Of a stretch of 64,000 bases of DNA, positions 18,337-28,300 are shown piece after piece. The position numbers were made by a program, and so were the translations under genes. This DNA comes from Porphyrobacter sp. IPPAS B-1204. Its GTDB lineage: Bacteria > Pseudomonadota > Alphaproteobacteria > Sphingomonadales > Sphingomonadaceae. The first letter of the stretch is position 1. Every line of letters begins with the position of its first letter. The notes under the pieces are model-generated. The model searched no databases, was not told the DNA's origin, and saw only the letters and a list, made by a program, of their open reading frames with translations. Location: NCBI GenBank assembly GCA_003724185.1, contig RHGM01000004.1:59466-123465 (forward strand), read 5' to 3'.

Positions 18337-19869
18337 TTGTCCGCCAACATCGCCGAAATGGAGCGCCGCCGCGAAGCTGCCCGGATGGGCGGCGGGGCCA
18401 AGCGCATCGAAGCCCAGCACGCCAAGGGCAAGCTGACCGCGCGCGAACGGCTCGACGTGCTGCTCGACGAGGGCAGCTTTGAAGAAGTCGATACCTATGT
18501 CGAGCATGATTGCATGGACTTCGGCATGGAAACCCAGCGCATCCCCGGCGACGGGGTGGTGACGGGCAGCGGCACCATCAACGGCCGGCTGGTTTATGTG
18601 TTCAGCCAGGATTTCACCGTGTTCGGCGGCTCGCTGTCGAAGCGCCATGCGGAGAAGATCTGCAAGGTGATGGACACCGCGATGAAGGTCGGCGCGCCGG
18701 TGATCGGCCTCAACGATTCGGGCGGGGCGCGAATTCAGGAGGGCGTGGCGAGCCTCGGCGGCTATGCAGAGGTGTTCCAGAGGAATGTGCTCGCGTCGGG
18801 CGTGGTGCCGCAGATCAGCCTGATCATGGGGCCGTGCGCGGGCGGGGCGGTTTACTCGCCTGCGATGACCGACTTCATCTTCATGGTGAAGGATTCCAGC
18901 TACATGTTCGTCACCGGCCCCGAGGTGGTGAAGACCGTCACCAACGAGGTCGTGACGCAGGAGGAACTGGGCGGCGCGATCACGCACACCACCAAGACGT
19001 CCGTCGCCGATCTGGCTTACGAGAACGACATCGAGGCGCTGCTGGCGACCCGGCGCTTTGTCGATTTCCTGCCCCTGTCGAACCGCGAGGGCGTGCCCGA
19101 ACTGCCGACCAGCGATCCGTGGGACCGGCTCGACATGAGCCTCGATACGCTGATCCCCGATAATGCCAACCAGCCCTATGACATGCACGAAGTCATCAAT
19201 AAGGTGCTGGACGAGGGCGATTTCTTCGAGATCCAGCCGATGCACGCGGGTAATATCCTGTGCGGTTTCGGCCGGGTGGAAGGCCGCACCATGGGCGTGG
19301 TGGCGAACCAGCCGATGGTGCTCGCCGGCGTGCTCGACATCAACTCCTCGAAGAAAGCCGCGCGCTTCGTGCGCTTCTGCGATGCGTTCGAGATTCCGAT
19401 CATCACCTTCGTCGACGTCCCCGGCTTCCTCCCCGGCACCGCGCAGGAATTGGGCGGGATCATCAAGCACGGCGCGAAGCTATTGTTCGCCTATGCCGAG
19501 GCGACCGTGCCCAAGATCACCGTCATCACCCGCAAGGCTTACGGCGGGGCCTATGACGTGATGGCGAGCAAGCACCTGCGCGGCGATTTGAATTACGCCT
19601 GGCCGACCGCCGAGATCGCGGTGATGGGCGCGAAGGGCGCGGTGGAGATCATCTTCCGTCAGGACCGCGACAACCCCGAAAAGATCGCCGAGAAGACCAA
19701 AGAATACGAAGACCGCTTCGCCAACCCCTTCGTGGCGGCCCAGCGCGGCTATATCGACGAGGTGATCCACCCGCACTCGACGCGGCGGCGGATTGCCTTG
19801 GGGCTACGCAAGCTGCGGACGAAGCAGTTGGAGAACCCTTGGAAGAAGCATGACAATATTCCGCTGTGA
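18337..19869 (+). CDS. pccB: propionyl-CoA carboxylase beta subunit
   Basis: [42 protein letters not shown] and KKHDNIPL motifs; TTG start. Confidence 0.93.
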   Translation: MSANIAEMERRREAARMGGGAKRIEAQHAKGKLTARERLDVLLDEGSFEEVDTYVEHDCMDFGMETQRIPGDGVVTGSGTINGRLVYVFSQDFTVFGGSLSKRHAEKICKVMDTAMKVGAPVIGLNDSGGARIQEGVASLGGYAEVFQRNVLASGVVPQISLIMGPCAGGAVYSPAMTDFIFMVKDSSYMFVTGPEVVKTVTNEVVTQEELGGAITHTTKTSVADLAYENDIEALLATRRFVDFLPLSNREGVPELPTSDPWDRLDMSLDTLIPDNANQPYDMHEVINKVLDEGDFFEIQPMHAGNILCGFGRVEGRTMGVVANQPMVLAGVLDINSSKKAARFVRFCDAFEIPIITFVDVPGFLPGTAQELGGIIKHGAKLLFAYAEATVPKITVITRKAYGGAYDVMASKHLRGDLNYAWPTAEIAVMGAKGAVEIIFRQDRDNPEKIAEKTKEYEDRFANPFVAAQRGYIDEVIHPHSTRRRIALGLRKLRTKQLENPWKKHDNIPL

Positions 19870-19967
19870 GTAAGCGCGGCATCTTGATCGTGCTGCTTCT
19901 AACGGCAGCGGTTTTTGCGCTGATGCTTTACAGCGGAATGTTCATGCACGGAGATCCCATCCAATGA
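19866..19967 (+). CDS. putative 33-aa single-pass membrane protein (not in the ORF track)
   Basis: GTG...TGA frame encoding [33 protein letters not shown]; the start overlaps the pccB stop (GTGA) and the stop overlaps the mce start (ATGA). Confidence 0.6.
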   Translation: MSKRGILIVLLLTAAVFALMLYSGMFMHGDPIQ

Positions 19968-20416
19968 AACTCGGCCGCTTGAACCACATCGGGGTCGCCA
20001 CGCCCTCCATTGCGGACTCGATCGCGTTCTACCGCGATGTCATGGGCGCGACGAAAATCCACACGCCTTTCGACCTTGAGGAGCAGGGCGTGAAGGTCTG
20101 CTTCGTCGATACGCCCGGCGCGGACGGGGCGATGAACGGGACGCAGATCGAGCTCATCGAGCCGCTGGGGGAGAACTCCACGCTCGCAGGCTTCCTCGCG
20201 AAGAACCCGCTCGGCGGGCAGCATCACCTGTGCTTTGAAGTGCCCGATATCGCAGAGGCCCGCACCGCGTTTGAAGAACTCGGCAAGCGCATCCTCGGCC
20301 CCACCCGCATCGGCGCGCACGGCACCCCTATCTTTTTCGTCCATCCCAAGGACATGGGCGGCATGCTTACCGAAATCATGGAGACCCCGCGCGAGGATGC
20401 GCACTGGTCGAATTAA
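19964..20416 (+). CDS. mce: methylmalonyl-CoA epimerase
   Basis: LNHIGVA, IELIEP, GQHHLCFEV and FVHPKDMGG motifs (VOC fold); operon context. Confidence 0.92.
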   Translation: MKLGRLNHIGVATPSIADSIAFYRDVMGATKIHTPFDLEEQGVKVCFVDTPGADGAMNGTQIELIEPLGENSTLAGFLAKNPLGGQHHLCFEVPDIAEARTAFEELGKRILGPTRIGAHGTPIFFVHPKDMGGMLTEIMETPREDAHWSN

Positions 20417-20419
20417 ATC

Positions 20420-20485
20420 CGTCACCCCGGCCACCGAGCCGGGGTCGCTTGCCGCCAGAGATCCCTGATCACGTCCGGGATGACG
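20420..20485. repeat. head-to-head pair of CGTC-tagged palindromes (BIME-like)
   Basis: CGTCACCCCGGCCACCGAGCCGGGGTC ... GATCCCTGATCACGTCCGGGATGACG. Confidence 0.75.
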
Positions 20486-20502
20486 AAAAGTGAGAGAGAA
20501 GA

Positions 20503-21288
20503 ATGTCCTACGAAACCATCCGCGCTGACCGCGAAGGCCCGTTGCTGACCATCACCTTGAACCGCCCCGAGCGCCTCAACGCTATGCCGCCGCAGATGGC
20601 GGATGAACTGGGACAGGCGTTCTATGATCTGGGCGATGCGCGTGCGGTGCTGATCACCGGCGAGGGCAAGGGTTTCTGTTCGGGCGCCGACCTTTCGGCG
20701 CGGGGCAGCGGCAGCGCGCTCGGCGGGAAGGGCGGCAGCCACGAGGCGCTGATCAACCACTACAACCCCGCGATCAGCCAGCTGATCCGCGCCAACGTGC
20801 CGGTGATCTGCGCGGTCAACGGCCCGGCGGCGGGCGTGGGGTGCAGCCTCGCTCTGGCGGCGGATTTCACCATCGCGGGCAAGAGCGCCTATTTCCTCCA
20901 GGCCTTCGTCAACATCGGGCTCGTGCCAGATGGCGGATCGACCTGGCTGCTCGCCCGCGCTATCGGCCGCGCGCGGGCCACGCGGATGATGATGCTGGGC
21001 GAGAAGATCTCGGGCGAACAGGCTGAGGAATGGGGCCTCATCTACAAGTGCGTCGATGATGCCGCGCTGATGGACGAAGCCCGCGCACTGGCGACCAAGC
21101 TGGCCAACGGCCCGACCATCGCCTACGCCCAGATGAAGCGCAACATCGCCGTCGCGATGGACAACAACCTCCAGATGGTGCTGCTGGCCGAAGCCGAGGC
21201 CCAGCGCGTCGCGGGCGGCACCAAGGACGCGATGGAGGGCGGAATGTCGTTCCTCCAGAAGCGCAAACCGGAATTTAAGGGGGAGTAA
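20503..21288 (+). CDS. enoyl-CoA hydratase/isomerase family protein (PaaG-like)
   Basis: TLNRPERLNA, FCSGADL, VNGPAAGVG and GLVPDGG motifs. Confidence 0.9.
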   Translation: MSYETIRADREGPLLTITLNRPERLNAMPPQMADELGQAFYDLGDARAVLITGEGKGFCSGADLSARGSGSALGGKGGSHEALINHYNPAISQLIRANVPVICAVNGPAAGVGCSLALAADFTIAGKSAYFLQAFVNIGLVPDGGSTWLLARAIGRARATRMMMLGEKISGEQAEEWGLIYKCVDDAALMDEARALATKLANGPTIAYAQMKRNIAVAMDNNLQMVLLAEAEAQRVAGGTKDAMEGGMSFLQKRKPEFKGE

Positions 21289-21295
21289 GGGAGCG

Positions 21296-21380
21296 TGTCA
21301 TCCCCGCGCAGGCGGGGATCCAGCCGCCTTTCTCCCGCGTTACCGAACCAAGCTGGACTCCCGCCTGCGCGGGGGTGACG
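21296..21380. repeat. head-to-head pair of (C/T)GTC-tagged palindromes (BIME-like)
   Basis: TGTCATCCCCGCGCAGGCGGGGATCCAG ... CTGGACTCCCGCCTGCGCGGGGGTGACG. Confidence 0.8.
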
Positions 21381-21400
21381 GATAGTGGACAGATAAGCCG

Positions 21401-23554
21401 ATGACCCAGAAACCGACCCTCTCCGACTGGAACGCCCTCGCCGCCAAGGAGGTGAAGGGCCGCGATCTCACCTGGCACACGCCGGAAGGTATCGCAGTCA
21501 AGCCGCTCTACACGGCTGAGGATCACGCCGGTTTCGACCCCGGCCTGCCCGGCTTCGCGCCCTTCACGCGCGGGGTGAAAGCCTCGATGTATGCAGGCCG
21601 CCCGTGGACGATCCGGCAATATGCGGGTTTCTCGACCGCCGAGGAATCGAACGCGTTCTACCGCCGCAATCTGGCGATGGGGCAGAAGGGGCTGAGCGTC
21701 GCCTTCGATCTCGCCACCCACCGCGGTTACGATTCTGATCATCCGCGCGTCGTCGGCGATGTCGGCAAGGCAGGTGTGGCGATCGACACGGTTGCGGACA
21801 TGCAGATCCTGTTCGACCAGATCCCGCTCGATGCCATGAGCGTCAGCATGACGATGAACGGCGCGGTGATTCCGGTGCTGGCCTTCTTCATCGTCGCGGC
21901 GGAGCGTCAGGGCGTGTCGCAGGACAAGCTGGAAGGCACGATCCAGAACGACATTCTGAAGGAGTTCATGGTCCGCAACACCTACATCTACCCGCCCGAA
22001 CCTTCGATGCGGATCATTTCGGACATCATCGCATATACGTCCGCCAACATGCCGAAATTCAATTCAATTTCGATTTCTGGCTACCACATGCACGAGGCCG
22101 GGGCGACGGCGGTGCAGGAACTCGCCTTCACCATCGCTGACGGCAAGGAATACGCTGCCCGCGCAATGGCTGCGGGGCTGGATATCGACGCCTTCGCGGG
22201 CCGCCTCAGCTTCTTCTTCGGCATCGGCATGAACTTCTTCATGGAGATCGCCAAGCTGCGCGCCGCACGCACGCTGTGGTACAAGGTGATGGACGATCTG
22301 GGGGCGAAGGACGAACGCTCCAAGATGCTGCGCACCCACTGCCAGACGTCTGGCGTGAGCTTGCAGGAGCAGGACCCCTACAACAACGTCATCCGCACCA
22401 CGGTGGAAGCGATGGCGGCGGTGCTGGGCGGCACGCAATCGCTGCACACCAATGCGCTCGATGAAGCCATCGCGCTCCCCACCGATTTCAGCGCCCGCAT
22501 TGCGCGGAACACCCAGTTGGTGCTGCAAGAGGAAAGCGGCATCTGCAACGTCGTCGATCCCCTCGGCGGCTCGCATTACATCGAGGCGCTGACGGCGACC
22601 TTGGTGGCCGAGGCCGAGGCGATGATGGCCGAGGTCGATGCGGCAGGCGGCATGACCGCCTATGTCGCCACCGGCGCGCCCAAGGCCGCGATCGAGCGTG
22701 CGGCGGCGGAAAAGCAGACCAAGGTCGACAAGGGCGAGACGGTGATCGTCGGCGTCAACAAGTACCGCAAGGACGCCGAGGACGCGCTGGAGACGCTGGA
22801 GGTCGATAACCAGATGGTCCGCACCGGCCAGATCGCCCGCCTCGCCAAGGTGCGTGAAGGGCGTGACGAGGCCGCCTGCCGTGCTGCGCTGGCGGCGTTG
22901 ATGGCGGGCTGCGCGGACGGCGCAAACGTGCTGGCGCTGGCGGTCGAAGCGGCTCGCCACGATGCCACGCTGGGCGAAATCTCCTCGGCGATGGAAGAGG
23001 TCTTCGGCCGCCACGATGCGACCCCGGCGCCGGTCAGCGGCGTCTATGCCAGCGCCTATGAATTCGACCGCCGCTGGGCGCAGGTCACTGACGGCGTCGA
23101 GGCCGTGGGCCGACGGTTGGGTCGCAAGCCCCGCATCATGATCGCCAAGATGGGCCAGGACGGCCATGACCGCGGCGCGAATGTGATTGCGAGCGCGTTC
23201 GGTGACATGGGCTTCGAGGTGGTCTCCGGCCCGCTGTTCCAGACGCCCGAAGAATCCGTTGCCATGGCGCTTGAACACGATGTCGACGTGGTCGGCGCGT
23301 CGTCACTGGCAGCAGGCCACAAGACTCTGATCCCCGAACTGATCCGCCTGCTGCGCGAAGCGGGTCGCGGCGATATCAAGGTGACAGCGGGCGGCGTGAT
23401 CCCCCCGCAGGATTACGACTACCTGCGCGAGGCGGGGGTGCAGGGGATTTACGGGCCGGGCTCGAACGTGGTGGAGTGCGCGGCGGATATCCTGGTGCTG
23501 CTGGGGCACAACATGCCGCCGCTGGGTGAGGGGCTGGACGAGGCGGCGGAGTAA
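21401..23554 (+). CDS. scpA: methylmalonyl-CoA mutase
   Basis: [26 protein letters not shown] and B12-binding [10 protein letters not shown] motifs. Confidence 0.96.
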   Translation: MTQKPTLSDWNALAAKEVKGRDLTWHTPEGIAVKPLYTAEDHAGFDPGLPGFAPFTRGVKASMYAGRPWTIRQYAGFSTAEESNAFYRRNLAMGQKGLSVAFDLATHRGYDSDHPRVVGDVGKAGVAIDTVADMQILFDQIPLDAMSVSMTMNGAVIPVLAFFIVAAERQGVSQDKLEGTIQNDILKEFMVRNTYIYPPEPSMRIISDIIAYTSANMPKFNSISISGYHMHEAGATAVQELAFTIADGKEYAARAMAAGLDIDAFAGRLSFFFGIGMNFFMEIAKLRAARTLWYKVMDDLGAKDERSKMLRTHCQTSGVSLQEQDPYNNVIRTTVEAMAAVLGGTQSLHTNALDEAIALPTDFSARIARNTQLVLQEESGICNVVDPLGGSHYIEALTATLVAEAEAMMAEVDAAGGMTAYVATGAPKAAIERAAAEKQTKVDKGETVIVGVNKYRKDAEDALETLEVDNQMVRTGQIARLAKVREGRDEAACRAALAALMAGCADGANVLALAVEAARHDATLGEISSAMEEVFGRHDATPAPVSGVYASAYEFDRRWAQVTDGVEAVGRRLGRKPRIMIAKMGQDGHDRGANVIASAFGDMGFEVVSGPLFQTPEESVAMALEHDVDVVGASSLAAGHKTLIPELIRLLREAGRGDIKVTAGGVIPPQDYDYLREAGVQGIYGPGSNVVECAADILVLLGHNMPPLGEGLDEAAE

Positions 23555-23556
23555 TC

Positions 23557-23790
23557 ATGCCGACAGTCATGCGGATCGGCGCGTTTCGGTTCTACTTCTA
23601 CAGCCACGAACCCAACGAGCCGCCGCATATCCACATCGACAAAGGCGAAGCGACGATAAAGGTCTGGCTCGGCAGCCTCGAAGTCGCCCGCAGCCGGGGC
23701 TTTCGCGCGCACGAGATCAATGGCATTGTGGCGATGGTCGCCGAACACCAAACGGCGCTGACGGAGGCATGGCATGAATATTTCGGCTAA
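23557..23790 (+). CDS. DUF4160-like protein (putative toxin)
   Basis: MPTVMRIGAFRFYFYSHEPNEPPHIHI...W pattern, 77 aa, paired with the downstream gene. Confidence 0.75.
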   Translation: MPTVMRIGAFRFYFYSHEPNEPPHIHIDKGEATIKVWLGSLEVARSRGFRAHEINGIVAMVAEHQTALTEAWHEYFG

Positions 23791-24034
23791 GGTGACCGAC
23801 GAGCGAGTGCTCGACGTCCGCTTTGATGACGCCAGCCTGATCGTCGATCTGATGGATGGGCGGACGATTGCCGTGCCACTGGCGTGGTATCCACGCCTTC
23901 TCAATGCGACGACTGAACAGCGGGCGCATTGGGAGAAGGCCGGAGCGGGCTATGGCATCCACTGGCCGGAAATCGACGAGGACCTCAGCACCGAAGGTCT
24001 GCTGCGAGGTGCGCCTGCGCCTAAGGCGGCGTAA
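23774..24034 (+). CDS. DUF2442-like protein (putative antitoxin)
   Basis: L.V.L.DGR.I.VPL.WYPRL..AT..QR..W...G.GIHWPEIDEDLS.EGLL pattern; overlaps the upstream gene by 17 bp. Confidence 0.8.
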   Translation: MNISAKVTDERVLDVRFDDASLIVDLMDGRTIAVPLAWYPRLLNATTEQRAHWEKAGAGYGIHWPEIDEDLSTEGLLRGAPAPKAA

Positions 24035-24046
24035 GGACAAGGAAAC

Positions 24047-24277
24047 GTGAGTTACGGTGACCGAGCCCCCCTCTCCGGCTTGCAAAAGGCCGGATGCGCG
24101 CTTGTGGCAGTGGTCGGCCTCATCTGTACAATCGCCTCCGGATTGCTGGCTTACATTTTTACGTGCCGTGGATGTGAATCCAATCAGGCTGTTTTGCTGA
24201 TCATTTTGGGGGTGCCCTTAGCCTTCATCATCATCGGCATCCTAATGATCCGACACTTCATGCGAGAAAAGAATTGA
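24047..24277 (+). CDS. small two-helix membrane protein with CRGC between the helices
   Basis: 76-aa ORF with two hydrophobic segments and visibly A/T-richer codons; its stop overlaps the bioB TTG. Confidence 0.55.
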   Translation: MSYGDRAPLSGLQKAGCALVAVVGLICTIASGLLAYIFTCRGCESNQAVLLIILGVPLAFIIIGILMIRHFMREKN

Positions 24278-25284
24278 CCAATCCCCGCACCGACTGGACC
24301 CGCACCGAAATCGCAGGCCTCTTTGACCTCCCCTTCACCGAGCTGCTGTTTCAGGCCGCCAGCGTCCACCGCGAATATCACCCCGCCACCGAAGTCCAGC
24401 TTTGCACCCTGCTCAGCATCAAGACCGGCGGGTGTCCGGAGGATTGCGGCTATTGCTCGCAGTCGGTGAAGGCTGACTCCGGCGTGGAAGCCACCAAGCT
24501 GATGGACGTGCAGGCCGTGCTCCAGCGCGCGGCGCAGGCGAAGGATGCGGGTTCGCAGCGCTTCTGCATGGGCGCGGCGTGGCGCAATCCCAAGGACCGC
24601 GACATGCCTGCGATTGTCGAGATCGTGAAGGGTGTGCGCGACATGGGGCTGGAGACCTGCATGACGCTGGGGATGCTCGAACCGCATCAGGCCGAGATGC
24701 TGGCCGAGGCGGGCCTCGATTACTACAACCACAATATCGACAGCAGCCCTGAGTATTACGAGCGCGTCATCTCCACCCGCGATTTCCAGTGCCGGCTCGA
24801 TACGCTGGATCACGTCCGCAAGGCGGGGATCAACGTGTGCAGCGGCGGGATCGTCGGCATGGGCGAGACGCGCGAGGACCGGGTGGGCTTCATCCACACC
24901 CTTGCCACCCTGCCGCAGCATCCCGAAAGCGTGCCGGTCAACGCGCTGGTGCCGGTGAAGGGCACGGTGCTGGGCAATATGCTGGCCGATACGCCGCTCG
25001 CCAAGATCGACGATATCGAGTTTGTCCGCACTGTCGCGGTCGCGCGGATCACCATGCCGCGCTCGATGGTGCGGTTGTCGGCGGGGCGCGAGTCCATGTC
25101 CGAGGCGACGCAGGCCCTGTGCTTCTTCGCAGGCGCGAATTCGATCTTCACCGGCGACAAGCTGCTGACCGCGCCCAACGCAGGCGATGACAAGGACGGC
25201 GCGCTGTTTGCGAAGCTGGGCCTCACTGCGCTGAAGGGTGAGGAGCCCGCACGGGCGTGCAAGGTGGCGGTGGCGGCGGAGTGA
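24274..25284 (+). CDS. bioB: biotin synthase
   Basis: Radical SAM motif CPEDCGYC, plus [22 protein letters not shown] and RLSAGRE. Confidence 0.96.
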   Translation: MTNPRTDWTRTEIAGLFDLPFTELLFQAASVHREYHPATEVQLCTLLSIKTGGCPEDCGYCSQSVKADSGVEATKLMDVQAVLQRAAQAKDAGSQRFCMGAAWRNPKDRDMPAIVEIVKGVRDMGLETCMTLGMLEPHQAEMLAEAGLDYYNHNIDSSPEYYERVISTRDFQCRLDTLDHVRKAGINVCSGGIVGMGETREDRVGFIHTLATLPQHPESVPVNALVPVKGTVLGNMLADTPLAKIDDIEFVRTVAVARITMPRSMVRLSAGRESMSEATQALCFFAGANSIFTGDKLLTAPNAGDDKDGALFAKLGLTALKGEEPARACKVAVAAE

Positions 25285-25676
25285 TCGGACTGCTGGCACT
25301 CGCACTCGCGGCAAGCGAACCTGCGCCGGATGTGCCCGCCGGTTGCGAGGAGCGGGCGCCGATCCGCGACCCTGCCGTATGCGCGCCACTTTATGCCGAA
25401 GACGGCTACGTTATCCAGAACATGGAGAGCGTCGCAGTCGGCACGATCGCCGAAATGCAGCGCATCCGCGAAATGACGCGGCATTGCGGCCTTGCCAACC
25501 GGATCGATGGTGTCGGGCTGGCCGATCTGGCCGTCTATGACATTGTCAACGCGACCGAACAGTCGCGAGCCTGCGTTATTGAGGCGATCCGCGAGAATGC
25601 GCCCGCCCTCGCGTTCACGCAGCAGCGGTTCGACCAGAAGTTCGATGCTGCGGCGGCAAATCAGGATCAGCCATGA
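25281..25676 (+). CDS. hypothetical exported protein
   Basis: GTG overlapping the bioB TGA; short signal-like N-terminus; four Cys. Confidence 0.6.
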   Translation: MIGLLALALAASEPAPDVPAGCEERAPIRDPAVCAPLYAEDGYVIQNMESVAVGTIAEMQRIREMTRHCGLANRIDGVGLADLAVYDIVNATEQSRACVIEAIRENAPALAFTQQRFDQKFDAAAANQDQP

Positions 25677-26542
25677 CAGCGCGCGTGCGGGCACTCTGGG
25701 TCAGCGGCGCTTTGGCCGCACTGGCACTGGGCGGGACGGCAGCGGCGAGGGCCGATACGCCGCAGCCCCAGCCGCTCACCATCGGCGAGACGGTGATGCT
25801 GGAGGCGCTGGGGGCGGAGCGCTCCATCAACATCGTCCTGCCGCCCGACTACGCCGCCGAACCAGACAAGCGCTGGCCGGTGATCTACCTGCTCGACGGG
25901 GCGCTAAAACAGGACCTGATGATGGGCGCAGGCCTGATGCGCTGGGGTGCGCTATGGGGGCGCAGCAAGGATGCGATCATCGTCGGGATCGAGACGAAGG
26001 ACCGCCAACGCGAATTGCTCCCGCCGACAGGCGACAAGGCGGAGCTTAAACGCTGGCCCACGGCGGGCGAGAGCGCCGCGTTCCGGACGTGGCTGGCGGG
26101 CACGGTCAAGCCGATGATTGAGGCGCGCTACAGCCATGATGGCACCGCCTTCCTCGTCGGCGAAAGCGCGGCGGGGCATTTCGTGGTCGAAACCTGGGCG
26201 ACCGCGCCGCAGATGTTTACCGGCTACGCCGCGATCTCACCGAGCTTGCAATGGGACGGCGAGGCGCTGAGCCGCCGCCCGCTAGGCGAGGGCAAGCGCC
26301 CGCCGCTCTACTTCAGTCTAGCCGACGAGGGCGGGGCGACTGAAACGGGCATGGAGCGCCTGCTGGGCGTGCTGCCCAAGGATCAGCCTTTTTGCTTCTC
26401 CGACCGCCGCAAGCAGCTGCGCCACGCCACCAGCTTGCACGGGCTATTGCCCGAGGCGCTGCAATATCTGATACCCACAAGGGCAGACTGGCTGAAGGAA
26501 TACGGCATGATCCTGCGCTGCGACAGGCGAGGAGGGGCGTAG
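25673..26542 (+). CDS. exported alpha/beta hydrolase (IroE/Fes-like esterase)
   Basis: Signal peptide, PVIYLLDG, GESAAG nucleophile elbow and ISPSLQW motifs. Confidence 0.82.
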   Translation: MTARVRALWVSGALAALALGGTAAARADTPQPQPLTIGETVMLEALGAERSINIVLPPDYAAEPDKRWPVIYLLDGALKQDLMMGAGLMRWGALWGRSKDAIIVGIETKDRQRELLPPTGDKAELKRWPTAGESAAFRTWLAGTVKPMIEARYSHDGTAFLVGESAAGHFVVETWATAPQMFTGYAAISPSLQWDGEALSRRPLGEGKRPPLYFSLADEGGATETGMERLLGVLPKDQPFCFSDRRKQLRHATSLHGLLPEALQYLIPTRADWLKEYGMILRCDRRGGA

Positions 26543-26979
26543 TGTTCCGCCGCGCCGCCCTGCTGCTGGCGCTGGCGGCCTTGGCAGCGCCTAATGCCGC
26601 CGTGGCTTGCAGCGTATCGCCGTCGCCCGAGATCAGGGCCGAGCAGTACAAGGACGATCCCGAAAACCGCCGGGTCAAGGGCCATTTCTCTGTTACCGAG
26701 ACGCTGATCAATGGGTATGGGCGCGGCATAATTCGTGGACGGATCGAAACAGCGCGGGGCACCGGCTGGGATGTGTGGGTCGATTACGATGAGTTCATGA
26801 TCGACTGCGTCTATTTCTTCGCGCCGACCATCGATGCGACGGGCACCTTCTGGATCGCGCGCCGCGCAGTCGACGGGCGCTACGAAATCCGGCTGTGGGA
26901 AGGCGAATACACCCCCGAAGCGCTCGAGCGTCACCGGCGCGCGCAAGAACTAGCCGAAGCGCAAGAGCCAACGTCGTGA
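26542..26979 (+). CDS. hypothetical exported protein
   Basis: GTG overlapping the upstream stop; signal peptide ending ..AAVA|CS; no family recognised. Confidence 0.6.
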   Translation: MFRRAALLLALAALAAPNAAVACSVSPSPEIRAEQYKDDPENRRVKGHFSVTETLINGYGRGIIRGRIETARGTGWDVWVDYDEFMIDCVYFFAPTIDATGTFWIARRAVDGRYEIRLWEGEYTPEALERHRRAQELAEAQEPTS

Positions 26980-27767
26980 CCCTCGGCTTCTCGGTCGATA
27001 CCCTGCTGCCGAAAGCGCGCGGCGGCGGGCAGTTGCGGATGGGGCTGGTGAAGCTGGAGGAGCGCGACTGGCTCCAACCCGCGCCTGATCTGGCCGCGCG
27101 CGCGGCGGGATTTGCCGACTGGCCACAGGGCGTGCAACTCACCCCGGAGGTGGACGCTCCGGGCCGCGAACTGGCGTTGATGATCGGCACCCAAGGCGCA
27201 CTCCCGGAAGCGGCGCTGGCGACCCACGAAGACCTCTGCCTGCTCACCAAACGCGAAAACGAGGACGTCTACCGCCTGATCGGCGCAGCGGTCGCATGGC
27301 CATCCGACTGGCACCCCGCCGAGAAAATCGGCCTCCCCCTGCGCGCGCTCCATGCGCCGATTGCGGGGTATGAGGAGCAACTCGCCACCGGGGTGGATCG
27401 CTTCATGGATACCCTGCGCGCAGGGCCGATTTACGCCCGCTGCAACTGGTTCATCGCCGCGACGGGCGAGCGCCGCTGGCTCCCCGACCGCCCTCCGCAG
27501 GAAGCCTTCGCCCATGTCACACCCGACAACGCCGGCGAGACCCTGTTCGTGCGCTCCGAACGCCAGACCCTGCGCCGTCTGCCGAAGACGGGCGCGATCC
27601 TGTTCAGCATTGGCATTTACGTAGAGCCGCTCGAAATGCTCTCCCCCGCTAACATCGCGATGCTGGGCAAGGCGGTGCAACACCTTGTCGCAGGCGAGGG
27701 TGACCGCCGGGGCGCACCCGCCTATGCTGACAGCCTGATCGGTTTCGCTGAAAGGAACGCCGCATGA
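26976..27767 (+). CDS. DUF3445 / heme-dependent oxidative N-demethylase alpha-subunit-like protein
   Basis: EDLCLL, AVAWPSDW...EKIG..L..LH.P, RCNW, RSERQTLRRLPKTGAILFSI motifs. Confidence 0.78.
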   Translation: MTLGFSVDTLLPKARGGGQLRMGLVKLEERDWLQPAPDLAARAAGFADWPQGVQLTPEVDAPGRELALMIGTQGALPEAALATHEDLCLLTKRENEDVYRLIGAAVAWPSDWHPAEKIGLPLRALHAPIAGYEEQLATGVDRFMDTLRAGPIYARCNWFIAATGERRWLPDRPPQEAFAHVTPDNAGETLFVRSERQTLRRLPKTGAILFSIGIYVEPLEMLSPANIAMLGKAVQHLVAGEGDRRGAPAYADSLIGFAERNAA

Positions 27768-28213
27768 TCGCCTCGCTGCTCCTCCCGCTGCTTGTGCAGT
27801 CCGTTGAGCCGCCAGTGCCGGGCTGGAACTGCGACGATCCGATGGTGCAGCAGGAAATGAACTGGTGCGCCGGGCAGGACTATGCCGCCGCCGATGCCGA
27901 ACTGAACGCACAGTGGAAAATCACTGCGTCCATCATGAAGGAGCGCGACATCGGAATGGAGGCCGATTTCGGCCCGATCAACCCCGTGACCCCGCGCGAG
28001 GATGCAGCGGCGCGGATGGCCTATACCGGCCACTTCCAGACCTTGCTTGAGGCCCAGCGCGCATGGCTCGCCTATCGCGATGCGCAGTGCCGGTTGGAGG
28101 GGTACAGTTTCTTCGGCGGGTCAGCGCAGCCGATGATCGTTTACGGATGCCTCGCCACGCTCACCCGCCAGCGCACACAGGAGTTGCGCGATCTCGCCGA
28201 AGTCCTCGGCTGA
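27764..28213 (+). CDS. lysozyme inhibitor LprI-like (DUF1311) exported protein
   Basis: QQEMNWCA...AD.ELN..W...L..AQRAWLAYRDAQC...CL..LT..R pattern. Confidence 0.8.
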   Translation: MIASLLLPLLVQSVEPPVPGWNCDDPMVQQEMNWCAGQDYAAADAELNAQWKITASIMKERDIGMEADFGPINPVTPREDAAARMAYTGHFQTLLEAQRAWLAYRDAQCRLEGYSFFGGSAQPMIVYGCLATLTRQRTQELRDLAEVLG

Positions 28214-28300
28214 ACGCCCAAATCCGCTAGCTTGCCTGCCAGCCAAACCCTCGGCATAGCCCGGTGATAAGATAACGCGATAGCACGAGAGGTCCTACCC

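Noticed and set aside
23544-25284. Shared GGCGGCGGAGT at the 3' ends of scpA and bioB as a target-site duplication
   Set aside because: Only 11 bp. It is explained by common Ala-Ala-Glu-stop endings that also supply a GGAG SD for the next gene.
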